Below, in pieces: positions 48,270 through 61,467 of a stretch of 64,000 nt of DNA (position 1 is the stretch's first letter; each line of letters opens with the position of its first letter). Source of the DNA: Octopus sinensis (taxonomy: Eukaryota). The DNA is taken from positions 159,464,001 through 159,528,000 of the forward strand of contig NC_042999.1 of assembly GCF_006345805.1 (NCBI RefSeq), written 5' to 3'. Made by a program: the position numbers and the translations under genes. The notes under the pieces were generated by a model. That model saw only the letters and a list, made by a program, of their open reading frames with translations. It made no database searches and was not told the origin of the DNA.

Positions 48270-49910
48270 TTTTCACTTGGAAATTACACCTGAACTCTTT
48301 CGTTTGAGAGTATTTAGTGGACATTTACTATACAACATCCACCAGTAGTCGGCCATCATATTGACATTCCCTCTTCCTTGATATTTTCTTTCTACCTTTT
48401 CCACCTGCTGCTCACTCACCCCTCGATCACCACCACCACCATCACCAGATTTTCTAGTAAGAAATTCAAATGGGTATATAAGAATTATCCAGGCTTTACA
48501 TCCTAAAACCTGGAAATTTTTTAAGCGTTCTTCTTACTATGTTTTTGTTGTTTGGATAGTTTGAGTACTTGCGATTCCCCAAGAAGTTCTTCATCACATC
48601 TTTAAAACTAATCCATACGTCTTTTTTTCTAGAATCACTAAGAGAGTATTCGAAATTTTTATCCTTGACTAGTTTTCTTGTATCTGTCCCTATAAATACA
48701 CCCTCTTCAAACTTCACATCTGATAGAGCAAGAGACTTGCTATGCAAATACTTGAAGCCCTCTCCGTCCTGAAGCAAAGCTTTTAGGAATTGCTTCATGA
48801 GGCCAAGTTTTATATGTAGAGAAGGCAAAAGAATATCTTTCGGATAAACCAAACTTTCTCGAAGGATATTCTTTGTTCCTAGTGTAAATGTATTCCTACA
48901 TGGCAATTCTTTTTTAGACCAATAACGGTTCCTGGCGCTACTGTCCCATTCACACAAGAAACAAGGAAGCTTTGTGTAGCCTGACTAATGTACAAGCGAC
49001 ATTCCAATTATTTTCATGTCGCTGAGATTCACTCGGTTGTGATCTTTAAATTTAATCTTGTGGAAGAATGACACTGATTTTTGATGTTTTCTTCATGATC
49101 ACTGAGTCTCCAACAGGCATGGAAGCATGTTTATTACCATTATGCAGGAGAACAGCTTTAATATTTCTCTATGAAGAGGCAATAAAGAATCTCTTTTAAT
49201 CAGAGCCGAAACTTATGCTCAACTTTCCTACAAGTCCGGATTGATCAACACAATAAACCAAATTTTTTTGTGCGAAATAAGGAACAAATTGATTTCGTGC
49301 AAACTATACCAATAGACTGATACGTGTGGATCTAAAATATTTAAGCCTGTAGCCTAAAAGCTCTGCTAACACCTTTCCGAGCCCTGAGACCCTTACTTAT
49401 ATCATTTAATTTACACTAGTTGAATACTTGAGTTCTTCAACTTCAACGCTATTGAAGTCTTCATCATTGCTATTTCTGCCTTTTGACTCAGATCTCAAGT
49501 GTACGTCTTCAAGGATTCCTACTGGTGATGGGATTGGTATGTCTGGCCCATCGGCAACAATTCGCAATGCAGATGGAATATTTGGATAAATAATATTTTT
49601 CCCACTCTTCGCATTGTGTCCCTGCACCTTACCTGTGCAAAAGTAGCAGTCGTCGCTGTGATTCTAGGCTATCTCCATATCACTGGAACCCCAAACGTCC
49701 ATTGTCTAAGTTCTTCAACCCAAATTGACCAGGCTTTACGTGGAGCCCACTTCCTATCTTGATCTCCTAATTTCACACCAAAGTAGGCATAGTGAGGTTT
49801 TTGACAAATTTGGTAATGGTCCTTTGACGTTTCTTAATCATAAACTCGCCACAAATGTAACAAAAGTTATCTGGGCTTGCTGCACATCTTCTAAAAGGCA
49901 TCCTTGCTTC
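48270..49910 (-). mobile_element. Chapaev3-like (CMC) DNA transposon, transposase pseudogene
   Basis: N-terminus RRCAASPDNFCYICGEF, IIYPNIPSA, core LLPSLHIKLGLMKQFLKAL..NFLGN, C-terminus NVNMMADYWWML. Family name from memory of these motifs. Confidence 0.7.
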
Positions 49911-49989
49911 AAATGGAGTGGAAGTCTGTAAGGAAATGGGAAGGGGATATATTTCAATAGTATATATTTTATTTACCATGTAAATGTAT

Positions 49990-50115
<126 letters not shown>

Positions 50116-50581
50116 TGTCTAGTTCACAACAGAATCAGTATCGCAAAATGTCTTGGGAACTCATAGAAAAGCATGAAATAAACTTTTGTGAATACTTTAC
50201 ATTGTAGAGTCTATAAGAAGACTTTTGTTCATCTCTTTCATTAGCAAACAATTTGAACAGCCTAAAAATCTGCAGCCTTGTTCTTAAATAAAAGGGATTG
50301 ATAGTTATTGATTAAACGCCATTTTGAGGTTTCAGTTCTGTGTTTTAAATATATATCGGTCGACTTATATATACTGATTGAGATACAGTCTTGAATAAGA
50401 AGAGTAATTTTCTACCGTAGCATTGTAGTTATTCAACAGTGCAAATCGTAAAGTCAACTTACAAGTTCATAACGTATCAAAGTAACTAGTGTTTCACAAA
50501 CCAGTAAGAAACGTGTCTGTCATTTATTTAATCGTGAAGAAAATTGATTAACTCAAGAGTACTTTTCGGAAGGTTGTGTGC

Positions 50582-50622
<41 letters not shown>

Positions 50623-50689
50623 CGCGCGCATGCGCGTACCTTTGCACGCATATAATGAACAGCCCCACCAAACTACAGTCTTCAGCATA

Positions 50690-52328
50690 AAATATAGTAG
50701 AAGCAAAGCTTAATATGTTTTTTGCCTTTCAGATAGTTGTTACTAAAAGATGTGCCTGGATGATCGTTTAGATTTCTCGTTTACATTTCTCGTCTAATGT
50801 AAGTATTTTCGTGACGAGAATTACCTTCAGTTCGTGGAATTTTTGGAATTCTTGAAGACTCTAACATAAAATCGAAGCAATGAACACGTTTCCACCTAAA
50901 TCAAGTGCAAGATATACAGAATAGTCGTTCTATCCGATCTAAGGTGTTGAAACTTGGACAATGTACAGGGATTAAATGAAAAAAACATTATGATTCCACT
51001 ATAAAATACCAGTGAAGCACCAAATAAATCTCTTCGGTAGAAATGGTTCTCATGAATGAGATACAAAGACAAACAAGAATTCCACGAACTGAAGGTTTTT
51101 CTCGTCACGAAAATACTTACATTGGACGAGAAATGTTACCTAAATGCCATCTAAACGACAATCCAGGCACATCTTTTAGTAATAACTAGCTGAAAAACAT
51201 ATTCAGCTTTGCTTCTACTCTAAGGAAAACGTTAGGAAACTTAAATAAAAACAGGATATAAAGTTAATAGCTGGACGTCGAAAGCCTTTCAACAAGATAC
51301 TTAGTGGAGGTAATGATTGAAGAATTGGATTAGCATTCATGACTGCTTGTGAACGACTGCTACGATAGATAGCAGTGTATATAGAGGCTCACATATATGT
51401 ATTATTTGTCGGATGGAGATTCTACAATTTCAGACCCTCTTAACTGTAGCAATTCCTCCAGTGATGGCAAGCAGTTTGATCGTCACACGAAGTTACTTGA
51501 TTCGTGAGTCCATTGAAATACACGCGTGTCTATATGTATTTCATTTTAATTATTGACTATGAAGTCACAACATCAACCCCAGAGAATATTGGGCAGCTTA
51601 TATTTGATTTTATTTGTGGATGAAGATAACTTAATAATTGCTCTATGCTTATGTCTTTCTTTCAACTAAAGCAGTGGTCCGCGACCCCAGGTGGTCCGCG
51701 ACCCCAGGTGGTCCGCGACCCCAGGTGGTCCGCAAAGGTAATACTGGAGGTCCGTCAACATGTTTAGCTGACAGACTTTTCAAAATCCTGGGGTCCGTGG
51801 GAAAACTCATTTAAATAAAAGGGGTCTTTGGTAGTGAAAAGGTTGGGAGCCACTGAACTACAGTAAGCTATTCTCTGCTTTCTCTACAGTTCTCTAATTA
51901 TAAATCTGTCTTTCTTCTTACGTTACTCATGTATAATAATGTGGATCTTCCTAGAAAGCCATGGTAAATTATTTTTGACTAAGTTATCCTACATTGTTAC
52001 CTTCAAACATGGCAGAACTTACTGAGGTCTACATACTCCAGTAATTTCCTATCATAATCCATATCAGATTGACTTCCTTTGTAATTATTTTGGTCGAATA
52101 AGGTCATGCGATAAGGTCCCAGCTTATGACTTAGATGACGGAATCTTTTGCCAAATTTAATCATACCTTCTAATAATTTACTGCTAATCCAATTCTTCAA
52201 TCATTACCTCCACTATCTTTCGACGTCCAGCTATTAACTTTATATCCTGTTTTTATTTATGTTTCCTATACGTTTTCCTTAGAGTAGAAGCAAAGCTGGA
52301 TATGTTTTTCAGCTAGTTGTTACTAAAG
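50690..52328. repeat. Nested inverted repeats of an old element (50690-50845 vs 51078-51222; 51170-51287 vs 52217-52328)
   Basis: agtagaagcaaagc..gttgttactaaa and its reverse complement recur. An RSYLIRESIEIH relic near 51490-51525 hints at a PLE GIY-YIG end. Confidence 0.6.
51672..51855. mobile_element. hAT-type MITE with an internal 17-bp triplication
   Basis: CAGTGGT.. / ..GGTTGGGAGCCACTG termini, 8-bp TSD AACTAAAG/AACTACAG, unit GTGGTCCGCGACCCCAG three times. Confidence 0.8.
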
Positions 52329-52499
52329 GGCTTTGTATCACCTCATATATATATATATATTATGCACTAGAAGCTTCCGGAAGCAATGCGCTTATCGATC
52401 TGTTTCAGATCAAGAGATGTTTGTGTAATTCACCTGGAATATGTATAAGAAGACAAGAAATACAATGTAGAATTAGAAAATAAGTTATTGTTGCTGAAA

Positions 52500-53000
52500 A
52501 TTGAACTTGCTATGTATTATTGACTCCTCAGATTTTTCAAAACTTTTTTCGTTTGTATTTGATTGTTGCTGTTCTAAAATGTTCGCACAGTTTAGCTACA
52601 ACCGCGGAATAATGCAAATATTTCTTGCGTCTTTTCTTAAGAAAATGTCGATTTTTTGCTCTGATAAGTGAATGGCAGAATTGGGTAGCGTGAATTTCAG
52701 ATTCTCGAGTTGACAGTCCCGTTGGTAGTTGACCAGCGCGTGGTCTGCAACACTTTGAACGATGTCTGATACTTGTACAATATTGGTTGTCACAGTTCAC
52801 ATTGAACAGAACTGAATTCAGTCACTTGGAATTAGGGTCTTCCCCGTCATAAAACCTATCACAGAACATTTTTGTCTCTGATGCACTTGTCCTTGCAGTT
52901 CCTTTCAATAAGGTTAGATATGGGTTGTTCATGGTACAGCTTCAGGCAGAACGGCTCGCGAAATTGTTAGTGTGCTGACATCCATTTTTATAGATTAGGA
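52500..53000 (-). mobile_element. Highly decayed RTE-like RT relic
   Basis: SVADHAL..QLENLKFT..IDIFLRKDARN..PRL loosely matches RTE FADD..FTYLGS..RL. Confidence 0.3.
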
Positions 53001-53451
53001 CCCTTAAAAACCAGAATGAGCACTGTAGCCTCTATAGATGTTACACGAAGGACATTAATTTTTCTCTGACTTGGATGACGAAGAGGTATAATCAATGAAG
53101 AGCATGATGTAAGGGAAATGTATTTGACTGCCATGATTACGCTGTTTATTTATATTATACTCCCAGGTAGAATATCAAAAACAAGAGGAAACCGAATTTC
53201 AATAACTGAAATGTGAACTGTCTTTGACGCAGATCATCAGTTCCTCGCGAGCAGCTTTGTTTGTTCGAAAATTATAAGATGGCTGGGAGTTTAAAGGAAA
53301 CCATGAAATGCTTAATTTCGTTTGAAATTCAATATTTTTCTGAACCATTTATTTCTTGCAATGGTATTGAGTTCATGTTCATAGTACTAATTTTATAGTC
53401 TTAGCAGAAGATATTCTTAAAAATTAATATTCTTTGTTATACGCTTATTAC

Positions 53452-53517
53452 CTCCTCTACTGTTGGGAGTTGCAATCTTTGAAGTAGCTTTAGTTATAAA
53501 ATTACATCTCACAACAG
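53452..53517 (-). CDS. Candidate internal exon (phase 1-1, 66 bp; VVRCNFITKATSKIATPNSRG)
   Basis: Acceptor aatgtttttag|C, donor GAG|gtaata, open symmetric frame. Confidence 0.4.
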
Positions 53518-53621
53518 CTAAAAACATTTTCTTCGGCTTATTATTGCACATATCTTCAAATGTTTTTCACTAAAGCGAACCTTTTTCTTTCTTTTATCCA
53601 TATTCTTCGCCATTCTGTACG

Positions 53622-54036
53622 TAGGCGCAGGAGTGGCTGTGTGGTAAGTAGCTTGGTTACCAACCACATGGCTCCGGGTTCAGTCCCACTGCGTGGCACC
53701 TTGGGCAAGTGTCTTCTACTATAGCCTTGGGCCGACCAAAGCCTTGTGAGTGGATTTGGTAGACGGAAAATGAAAGAAGCCCGTCGTATATATACATATA
53801 TATATATGCGTGTGTGCGTTTGTGTGTCTTTGTTTGTTCCCCCAGCATTGCTTGACAACCGATGCTGGTGTGTTTATGTCCCCGTTACTTAGCGGTTCAG
53901 CAAAGAGGGACCGATAGAATAAGTACTGGGCTTACAGAAGAATAAGTCCCGGGGTCGATCTGCTCGACTAAAGGCGGTGCTCCAGCATGGCTACAGTCAA
54001 ATGACTGAAACAAGTAAAAGAGTAAAAGAGAAAGAG
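53622..54036 (+). mobile_element. SINE family B, full length
   Basis: Aligns to the other copies. Confidence 0.9.
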
Positions 54037-54441
54037 TTCCAATTCGTCAAATATTTGAAATTTTTATAAGGGTGGGGCAAAATAAGTAATTTCCGATTTC
54101 CTTTTGTTTTAAGTTGCTAGTGCGTATCTGCATTTTTTGGGGTTTTTAACATTTAATATTCATTCTCAAAAGATTATGTATAAGCAGGGGCAAAATGAGT
54201 AATGACTAATTTCAATAATGGCAGGGTTTCGGATTAGAACACCAGCATGTTGGATTTTCACCGTTTTGACGATGCTTTTGCGAATTTCTTTTTCACCTCG
54301 ACCTAATTTTTTTCTCTACTCCCTGCTTATAACCATCCTGACCGATTTTGAGCAATTTTATTTTATTTCAGTTCAGCGCCGATAATTCCGCGCATGACAA
54401 TTCAACGAAAGGACAATTCAGCTCAAAGATAATTCAGCGCA

Positions 54442-54827
54442 GTGGAGGCGCAATGGCCCAGTGGTTAGGGCAGCGGACTCGCGGTCATAGGATCGCGGTT
54501 TCGATTCCCAGACCGGGCGTTGTGAGTGTTTATTGAGCGAAAACACCTAAAAGCTCCACGAGACTCCGGCAGGGGATGGTGGTGATCCCTGCTGTACTCT
54601 TTCACCACAACTTTCTCTCACTCTTACTTCCTGTTTCTGTTGTACCTGTATTTCAAGGGGCCGGCCTTGTCACTCTCTGTGTCACGCTGAATATCCCCGA
54701 GAACTACGTTAAGGGTACACGTGTCTGTGGAGTGCTCAGCCACTTACACGTTAATTTCATGAGCAGGCTGTTCCGTTGATTCTGATCAACCGGAACCCTC
54801 GTCGTCGTAACCGACGGAGTGCTTCCA
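54442..54827 (+). mobile_element. SINE family A, full length
   Basis: Aligns to 890-1281; interrupts a GACAATTCA-type repeat array. Confidence 0.9.
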
Positions 54828-55089
54828 CAGTGGGCAAAGAAGTAAACACAAGGACAATTCAGGGAAGTAATAACGAAAACAAATTTTGAGTTGAAACATT
54901 TTATCAAAATACAAAAATTAAAATGAAGGTATGGAGTTGAAACGATTTATTGAAATACTAAAAAATATCTTTATACAAATATTAAGATTAATCTACTTCT
55001 ATAGGTAAATTTGGTAACTTACATTTCGAAAGTTCTCCAACTTATCGGCTCGATTTCTATAGTCGTTAATTAATGTCTTTATTGCTTTA

Positions 55090-55660
55090 TGAGTTCTTTT
55101 ATGCTTTATGAGTGTTTGAAAACATCTTCGTGTCCAGCTCTGAGTTTTAACATCCTTTTCTTTGTATGATCCTGCTCTAGTTTGAGAAATTCTATAAACT
55201 TATAAAAGGTTGGGTGGCTATGACCCAACGATACTTGAAGACTTCGGTGCCACCCGTCTAATGAATTGTTGCTCTTTGATAGGTCTCCCTGGGTACAGAA
55301 TTCTGGTTTAAAAACAGTATGTCTTTTGCGACATTGGCGACCAACCCATCTGTCTTCAAAATAAGTTATTAATTCTTCCAATTCCCGAGGCATTACATCT
55401 TGCAAAGATTCAAATACTCCACAAATACCGTCAGCTGGCAGAAAAGCCAAGGCTACTAACATGTTACAGTATCAACGAATATGTTCCTCCCTTTGGCTCA
55501 GATGAAAGAAGCATCCACTTACTTGCGTGCTTTCAAAAACAGTTGTTATTAGCCTTTTGGAATGCCTCTTAAAAGTCACAGAGCATAGTATCTGGTTTCA
55601 GGTCCGAGTTTAAATTTAAAATGTTCCTTTGTGCCCTTTTATATGAATCCTCTGTTTTAT
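55090..55660 (-). mobile_element. MULE (Mutator-like) transposase relic
   Basis: LVALAFLP..LITYFEDRWVG..SNNSLDGWHRSLQ..HPTFYKFIEFLKLEQ matches the MULE C-terminal TNNxxEGWH..HP motif. Confidence 0.7.
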
Positions 55661-55690
55661 TTTGCAGTAGTATATATATATATATATATA

Positions 55691-55857
55691 TAGGCGCAGG
55701 AGTGGCTGTGTGGTAAGTAGCTTGTTTACCAACCACATGGTTCCGGTTTCAGTCCCACTGCGTGGCACCTTCGGCAAGTGTCTTCTACAATAGCCTCGGG
55801 CCGACCAAAGCCTTGTGAGTGGATTTGGTAGACGGAAACTGAAAGAAGCCCGTCGTA

Positions 55858-55890
<33 letters not shown>

Positions 55891-56120
55891 GCGTGTGTGT
55901 GTTTGTGTGTCTGTGTTTGTTCCCCTAGCATTGCTTGACAACCGATGCTGGTGTGTTTATGTCCCCGTTACTTAGCGGTTCGGCAAAAGAGACCGATAGA
56001 ATAAGTACTGGGCTTGCAAAAGAATAAGTCCTGAGGTCGAGTTGCTCGATTAAAGGCGGTGCTCCAGCATGGCCGCAGTCAAATGACTGAAACAAGTAAA
56101 AGAGTAAAAGAGTAAAGAGT
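55691..56120 (+). mobile_element. SINE family B, full length
   Basis: Aligns to the other copies; its 3' half is duplicated at 57610-57840. Confidence 0.9.
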
Positions 56121-56199
56121 ATATCACTGGGAACACACGCCCTTCATACATTTAGAAATTTTGAAAACAATTAAATGAAATTAAATTTCATGTACACAT

Positions 56200-57060
56200 A
56201 AACACGGCGCGATGAATTGTCTTTGCACGGGATTGTCATACGCGGAATTGTCGGTTCACGCATGCAAGGATATGTTAGCAGAAAGGTCCAAAATGACAGT
56301 AACAGTGATAATCAAAGCAGTCTAACATGGATCAACAGCCGGATTTTTAACCCTCACTTTGAAGAGTGTGCGTTTGCAATCAAAATACAGGAAATAGCAA
56401 CCAAATATCTGATGAACAAAAAGGACAAGAGATACAGGAAAAGCATCAAAATGTGATAACCGATGCAGACTTTATGGGGTTATCACCGAAGATGTTACCC
56501 ACATCATAAGCAGTTGTCCAAAAATATCATCGGATTTATTATCTGTCAATAAGACATGATTTTGTAACCAAGACGTTGAGACGCATTGGAAAGATAATCC
56601 TGAGACCAAAGAGATAAGAACCCATAATGTGGTAGAGCCCAGAGTCACTCATGCTCTGAAAGAGTGCTAGTGGAATGTCCCAGTGAAAACCTCAACAAAA
56701 TGTAGACAAAGTGACTTGGAACAGAAAAGAGAAACTGTATGCAGTAGTGGAAATCAGTTGCCCAGCGAGTGTCGACATATAGCTAGATATCAGTGAAAAA
56801 GAAAGCATCTACGCTGAACCATAGAAAAAATTAAGCTGAACCATAGAGAAATATAAGTTACTCTATCTGGATCACAAGTTCAGGTTTATACCTGTAATTA
56901 TTTGGGTACTGAGGTATGTAACATATTGCCCAAGCACCAATCTTAAGAAATTGGGTTTCTCAAAACCGGAGCAAATAAAGCTAATTAGATTACATATTGA
57001 AGTTATCAATGGAGTTGTCAAAATGAATAATACTTACCAGAAGTTTATCATTTAAGTATA
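56200..57060 (+). mobile_element. RLE-type (R4/Dong-like) LINE C-terminal relic (second copy about 57920-58780)
   Basis: QEIATKYL..CDNRCRL..EDVTHIISSCP..RHD (CCHC knuckle) and AVVEISCP..SEKE (restriction-like endonuclease). Confidence 0.7.
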
Positions 57061-57364
57061 TATGCACATGTCTAGATATGCAATTACATGTATGAGAATA
57101 TATATATAAAACAAAATGTGCCAATTTGTACATGCACTGACTCCAAATACTGCACATATACACACGCGTAAATGTAAAAATACCCTGTTGATGTTGAAAT
57201 TCCAATGAAGAACACTTGGATCTAGGTTCGAAACTGGCTCTTTCTCTATTGGCCAGAAATCTTGAAATAAAACTGGATCACATGTATACGCATGTATGTG
57301 TGTGTGTTGTGTTCGTGTGTATATATCAATGTATGTACATACGTATGTATATATATTTATATAT

Positions 57365-57575
57365 GTGACCGCGTGTGTACCGTTGGCGATTTTTTTTCCT
57401 CTATCTTCCCTTCTCTGGATCTTTCCTTCTCCTATGTTTCCGACGAAGAGCTCCGCTCGAACCGTTAGACCCTCCTTCTTTCCTTCTTTCCTGAGCGTCC
57501 AATAATACTATATTTGTTCCACGTCCTCGCGTTATTGTGTTTTTTGGGCTTTCTTGTTTGGATTAACTTTATATT
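57365..57575 (+). mobile_element. Penelope-like terminal relic with a degenerate hammerhead, ending at (TA)n (second copy about 59085-59290)
   Basis: GTTT CCGACGAA GAGC-TCC-GCTC GAAC CGT at 57436-57470; homologous to 11850-12035. Confidence 0.5.
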
Positions 57576-57609
<34 letters not shown>

Positions 57610-59299
57610 GCGTGTGTGTGTTTGTGTGTCTGTGTTTGTTCCCCTAGCATTGCTTGACAACCGATGCTGGTGTGTTTATGTCCCCGTTACTTAGCGGTTC
57701 GGCAAAAGAGACCGATAGAATAAGTACTGGGCTTGCAAAAGAATAAGTCCTGAGGTCGAGTTGCTCGATTAAAGGCGGTGCTCCAGCATGGCCGCAGTCA
57801 AATGACTGAAACAAGTAAAAGAGTAAAAGAGTAAAGAGTATATCACTGGGAACACACGCCCTTCATACATTTAGAAATTTTGAAAACAATTAAATGAAAT
57901 TAAATTTCATGTACACATAAACACGGCGCGATGAATTGTCTTTGCACGGGATTGTCATACGCGGAATTGTCGGTTCACGCATGCAAGGATATGTTAGCAG
58001 AAAGGTCCAAAATGACAGTAACAGTGATAATCAAAGCAGTCTAACATGGATCAACAGCCGGATTTTTAACCCTCACTTTGAAGAGTGTGCGTTTGCAATC
58101 AAAATACAGGAAATAGCAACCAAATATCTGATGAACAAAAAGGACAAGAGATACAGGAAAAGCATCAAAATGTGATAACCGATGCAGACTTTATGGGGTT
58201 ATCACCGAAGATGTTACCCACATCATAAGCAGTTGTCCAAAAATATCATCGGATTTATTATCTGTCAATTAAGACATGATTTTGTACCAAGACGTTGAGA
58301 CGCATTGGAAAGATAATCCTGAGACCAAAGAGATAAGAACCCATAATGTGGTAGAGCCCAGAGTCACTCATGCTCTGAAAGAGTGCTAGTGGAATGTCCC
58401 AGTGAAAACCTCAACAAAATGTAGACAAAGTGACTTGGAACAGAAAAGAGAAACTGTATGCAGTAGTGGAAATCAGTTGCCCAGCGAGTGTCGACATATA
58501 GCTAGATATCAGTGAAAAAGAAAGCATCTACGCTGAACCATAGAAAAAATTAAGCTGAACCATAGAGAAATATAAGTTACTCTATCTGGATCACAAGTTC
58601 AGGTTTATACCTGTAATTATTTGGGTACTGAGGTATGTAACATATGCCCAAGCACCAATCTTAAGAAATTGGGTTTCTCAAAACCGGAGCAAATAAAGCT
58701 AATTAGATTACATATTGAAGTTATCAATGGAGTTGTCAAAATGAATAATACTTACCAGAAGTTTATCATTTAAGTATATATGCACATGTCTAGATATGCA
58801 ATTACATGTATGAGAATATATATATAAAACAAAATGTGCCAATTTGTACATGCACTGACTCCAAATACTGCACATATACACACGCGTAAATGTAAAAATA
58901 CCCTGTTGATGTTGAAATTCCAATGAAGAACACTTGGATCTAGGTTCGAAACTGGCTCTTTCTCTATTGGCCAGAAATCTTGAAATAAAACTGGATCACA
59001 TGTATACGCATGTATGTGTGTGTGTTGTGTTCGTGTGTATATATCAATGTATGTACATACGTATGTATATATATTTATATATGTGACCGCGTGTGTACCG
59101 TTGGCGATTTTTTTTCCTCTATCTTCCTTCTCTGGATCTTTCCTTCTCCTATGTTTCCGACGAAGAGCTCCGCTCGAACCGTTAGACCCTCCTTCTTTCC
59201 TTCTTTCCTGAGCGTCCAATAATACTATATTTGTTCCACGTCCTCGCGTTATTGTGTTTTTTGGGCTTTCTTGTTTGGATTAACTTTATATTTATATAT

Positions 59300-59335
<36 letters not shown>

Positions 59336-59832
59336 CGTTTAATCCATATCCGTAAGTACATCACACTGCATTGTTTCGGCTGTGGGCTCGTTAGAGGCTG
59401 CTTATGATATGGAACTAAGTTAATTATATCGTGAACCTTGGAAGAAAGATAGATATACAAAGATACAACAGGGTTAGAGTGGTGGTTGAGGGAAGCGGAT
59501 GGTATGGAAGATATTGCAATGGCTTGCAATGTTGCTCAAAGACAAAGTGATGGTGGTGATGATGGTGTTGAAGAAAAGCTAACAGTGTTGAGTGAGTGGT
59601 GACAAAGCTGGGAATAGATGAATGGCTTGATACTGACGCTGGGGCCAGTAACGGTGGGACATACGGTAAGTACTGGTGGTAATATCAAAAGAGGATAAGT
59701 TAGTGTCAGTGCGAGGTAGTGACATGATGACCGCTGTGGTGTAGATACATTGAAATTCATCCTAGTAATAGCTAGACAGATAGACAGGCAGATAGACAGA
59801 CAGACAGGTAGATAGATAGATAGATAGGTAGG

Positions 59833-59912
<80 letters not shown>

Positions 59913-59913
<1 letters not shown>

Positions 59914-61119
59914 TGTTTCTTTATTAGCTACACAGGGCTGCACACAGATAGAACAAATTACAAGGTAGAGCTTTTCTTTTGAAGGTTTAAAAAAAAAAAA
60001 AAAGGAAGGGGGAGTTTCGATCAAAAGGGATCGTAAAAGGAGAGAAAGAGGACAAAAAAAAGGGGGGGTTAAAAAAAAAAAAAAGGGGGGAGAGGAAAAA
60101 AAAATTGATCAATAGGGATCGTTATCACAGAAATGTCAATATGAAGTGTAAAGGGGAGGACAGGTGAGGTTTACCCGTGGAAAGAAAAGCCTACGGAAAA
60201 GACCACGGTAACCTCGGTCAATGAAGTCACATTTTATATTTCTTTTTTTTTTTTTTTTTTTGCAAATAAGCAACTCTCTGTTTTCGATTTCTGGGTTCAT
60301 AGGACTATGCTCAAGGTGGCTTCGGCATTCATACGTGCCATTCTTGCTACATTCACCCATCTTTTTTTTTAAAACATTCGCTAGACAAAACTTGCCTCTC
60401 TACTCTCACTTTCCTTTTCAAGTGGTACTTGAAGAAGTTGATGAGAGATTGACCAGAGAGGAAGGAAAGGTTTGTCTCCAATCCTTTCAGACGCGTCACC
60501 AGATACATTCTTTCGCCATAGCCACAAGGATGATGAAAATAGCTCTTCCTTCCCGTTTGAAGGAAGGAGGCGTGACAATATTGACGATAGACTCAGCTGA
60601 TAAACCGACTCGTCCACACGTGACAGCAGTTGTTCGACATAAGCCCACAGGTCGGAAATGGTTGGACACTGAACGAGTGCGTGCAGAACGGTTTCGTCGC
60701 TCTGACCGCATCTCGGGCAGGTCGGCCCCGTGTTTCTCGAGCGTGTCTTGTAGAGCTTATCCCGAACGGGTAGCGCTTCTCGGTAGGCACTGCCAGGCCA
60801 GGGATCTCTGGAAGTTGTCCATGGGCCCTGGCCCGAAGTCGTTCCGAACAGGCGGGTCAGGTACTCCTCGTCGACGTCCAGGTTCGCCCCGAGCTCGTTG
60901 TCGTACCTCCCTCCACTAAACCCCTATAGAATGCTTTGGTTGTGTTGAAGTCACTTAAGGTCGACCAGGACGGCAGAGTTGCTTGAGAGCAACGCGACAC
61001 TCGCGGTGCCATTCGCCCTTCTCGGCCTCTTTTTGATCCACGACTGCAGTTCGGTCATGGAGACGAGCTGGGGAAAGCGTGCCTCACAAACGGCGACCAC
61101 ACCTGTCACCGTCTCGTCT
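59913..61119 (-). mobile_element. Tx1-like LINE copy B, 5'-truncated, inside a (GATA)n array
   Basis: Same 3' end as copy A; (GATA)n at 59770-59912 and 61124-61467. Confidence 0.9.
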
Positions 61120-61124
61120 AAGAG

Positions 61125-61173
<49 letters not shown>

Positions 61174-61194
61174 TAGATAGATAGATAGATAGAC

Positions 61195-61230
<36 letters not shown>

Positions 61231-61251
61231 TAGATAGATAGATAGATAGAC

Positions 61252-61284
<33 letters not shown>

Positions 61285-61285
61285 C

Positions 61286-61345
<60 letters not shown>

Positions 61346-61352
61346 TAGTAGG

Positions 61353-61413
<61 letters not shown>

Positions 61414-61467
61414 GATAGTAGATAGATAGATAGGTGTAGGTACTAGGTAGATAGATAGATATTAGAT

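Larger units (their letters stand above)
55880..59335. repeat. Direct tandem duplication, about 1719-bp unit, two copies
   Basis: Identical ORFs at 56217/57936 and 56990/58708; breakpoints lie in (TA)n tracts. Confidence 0.95.
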
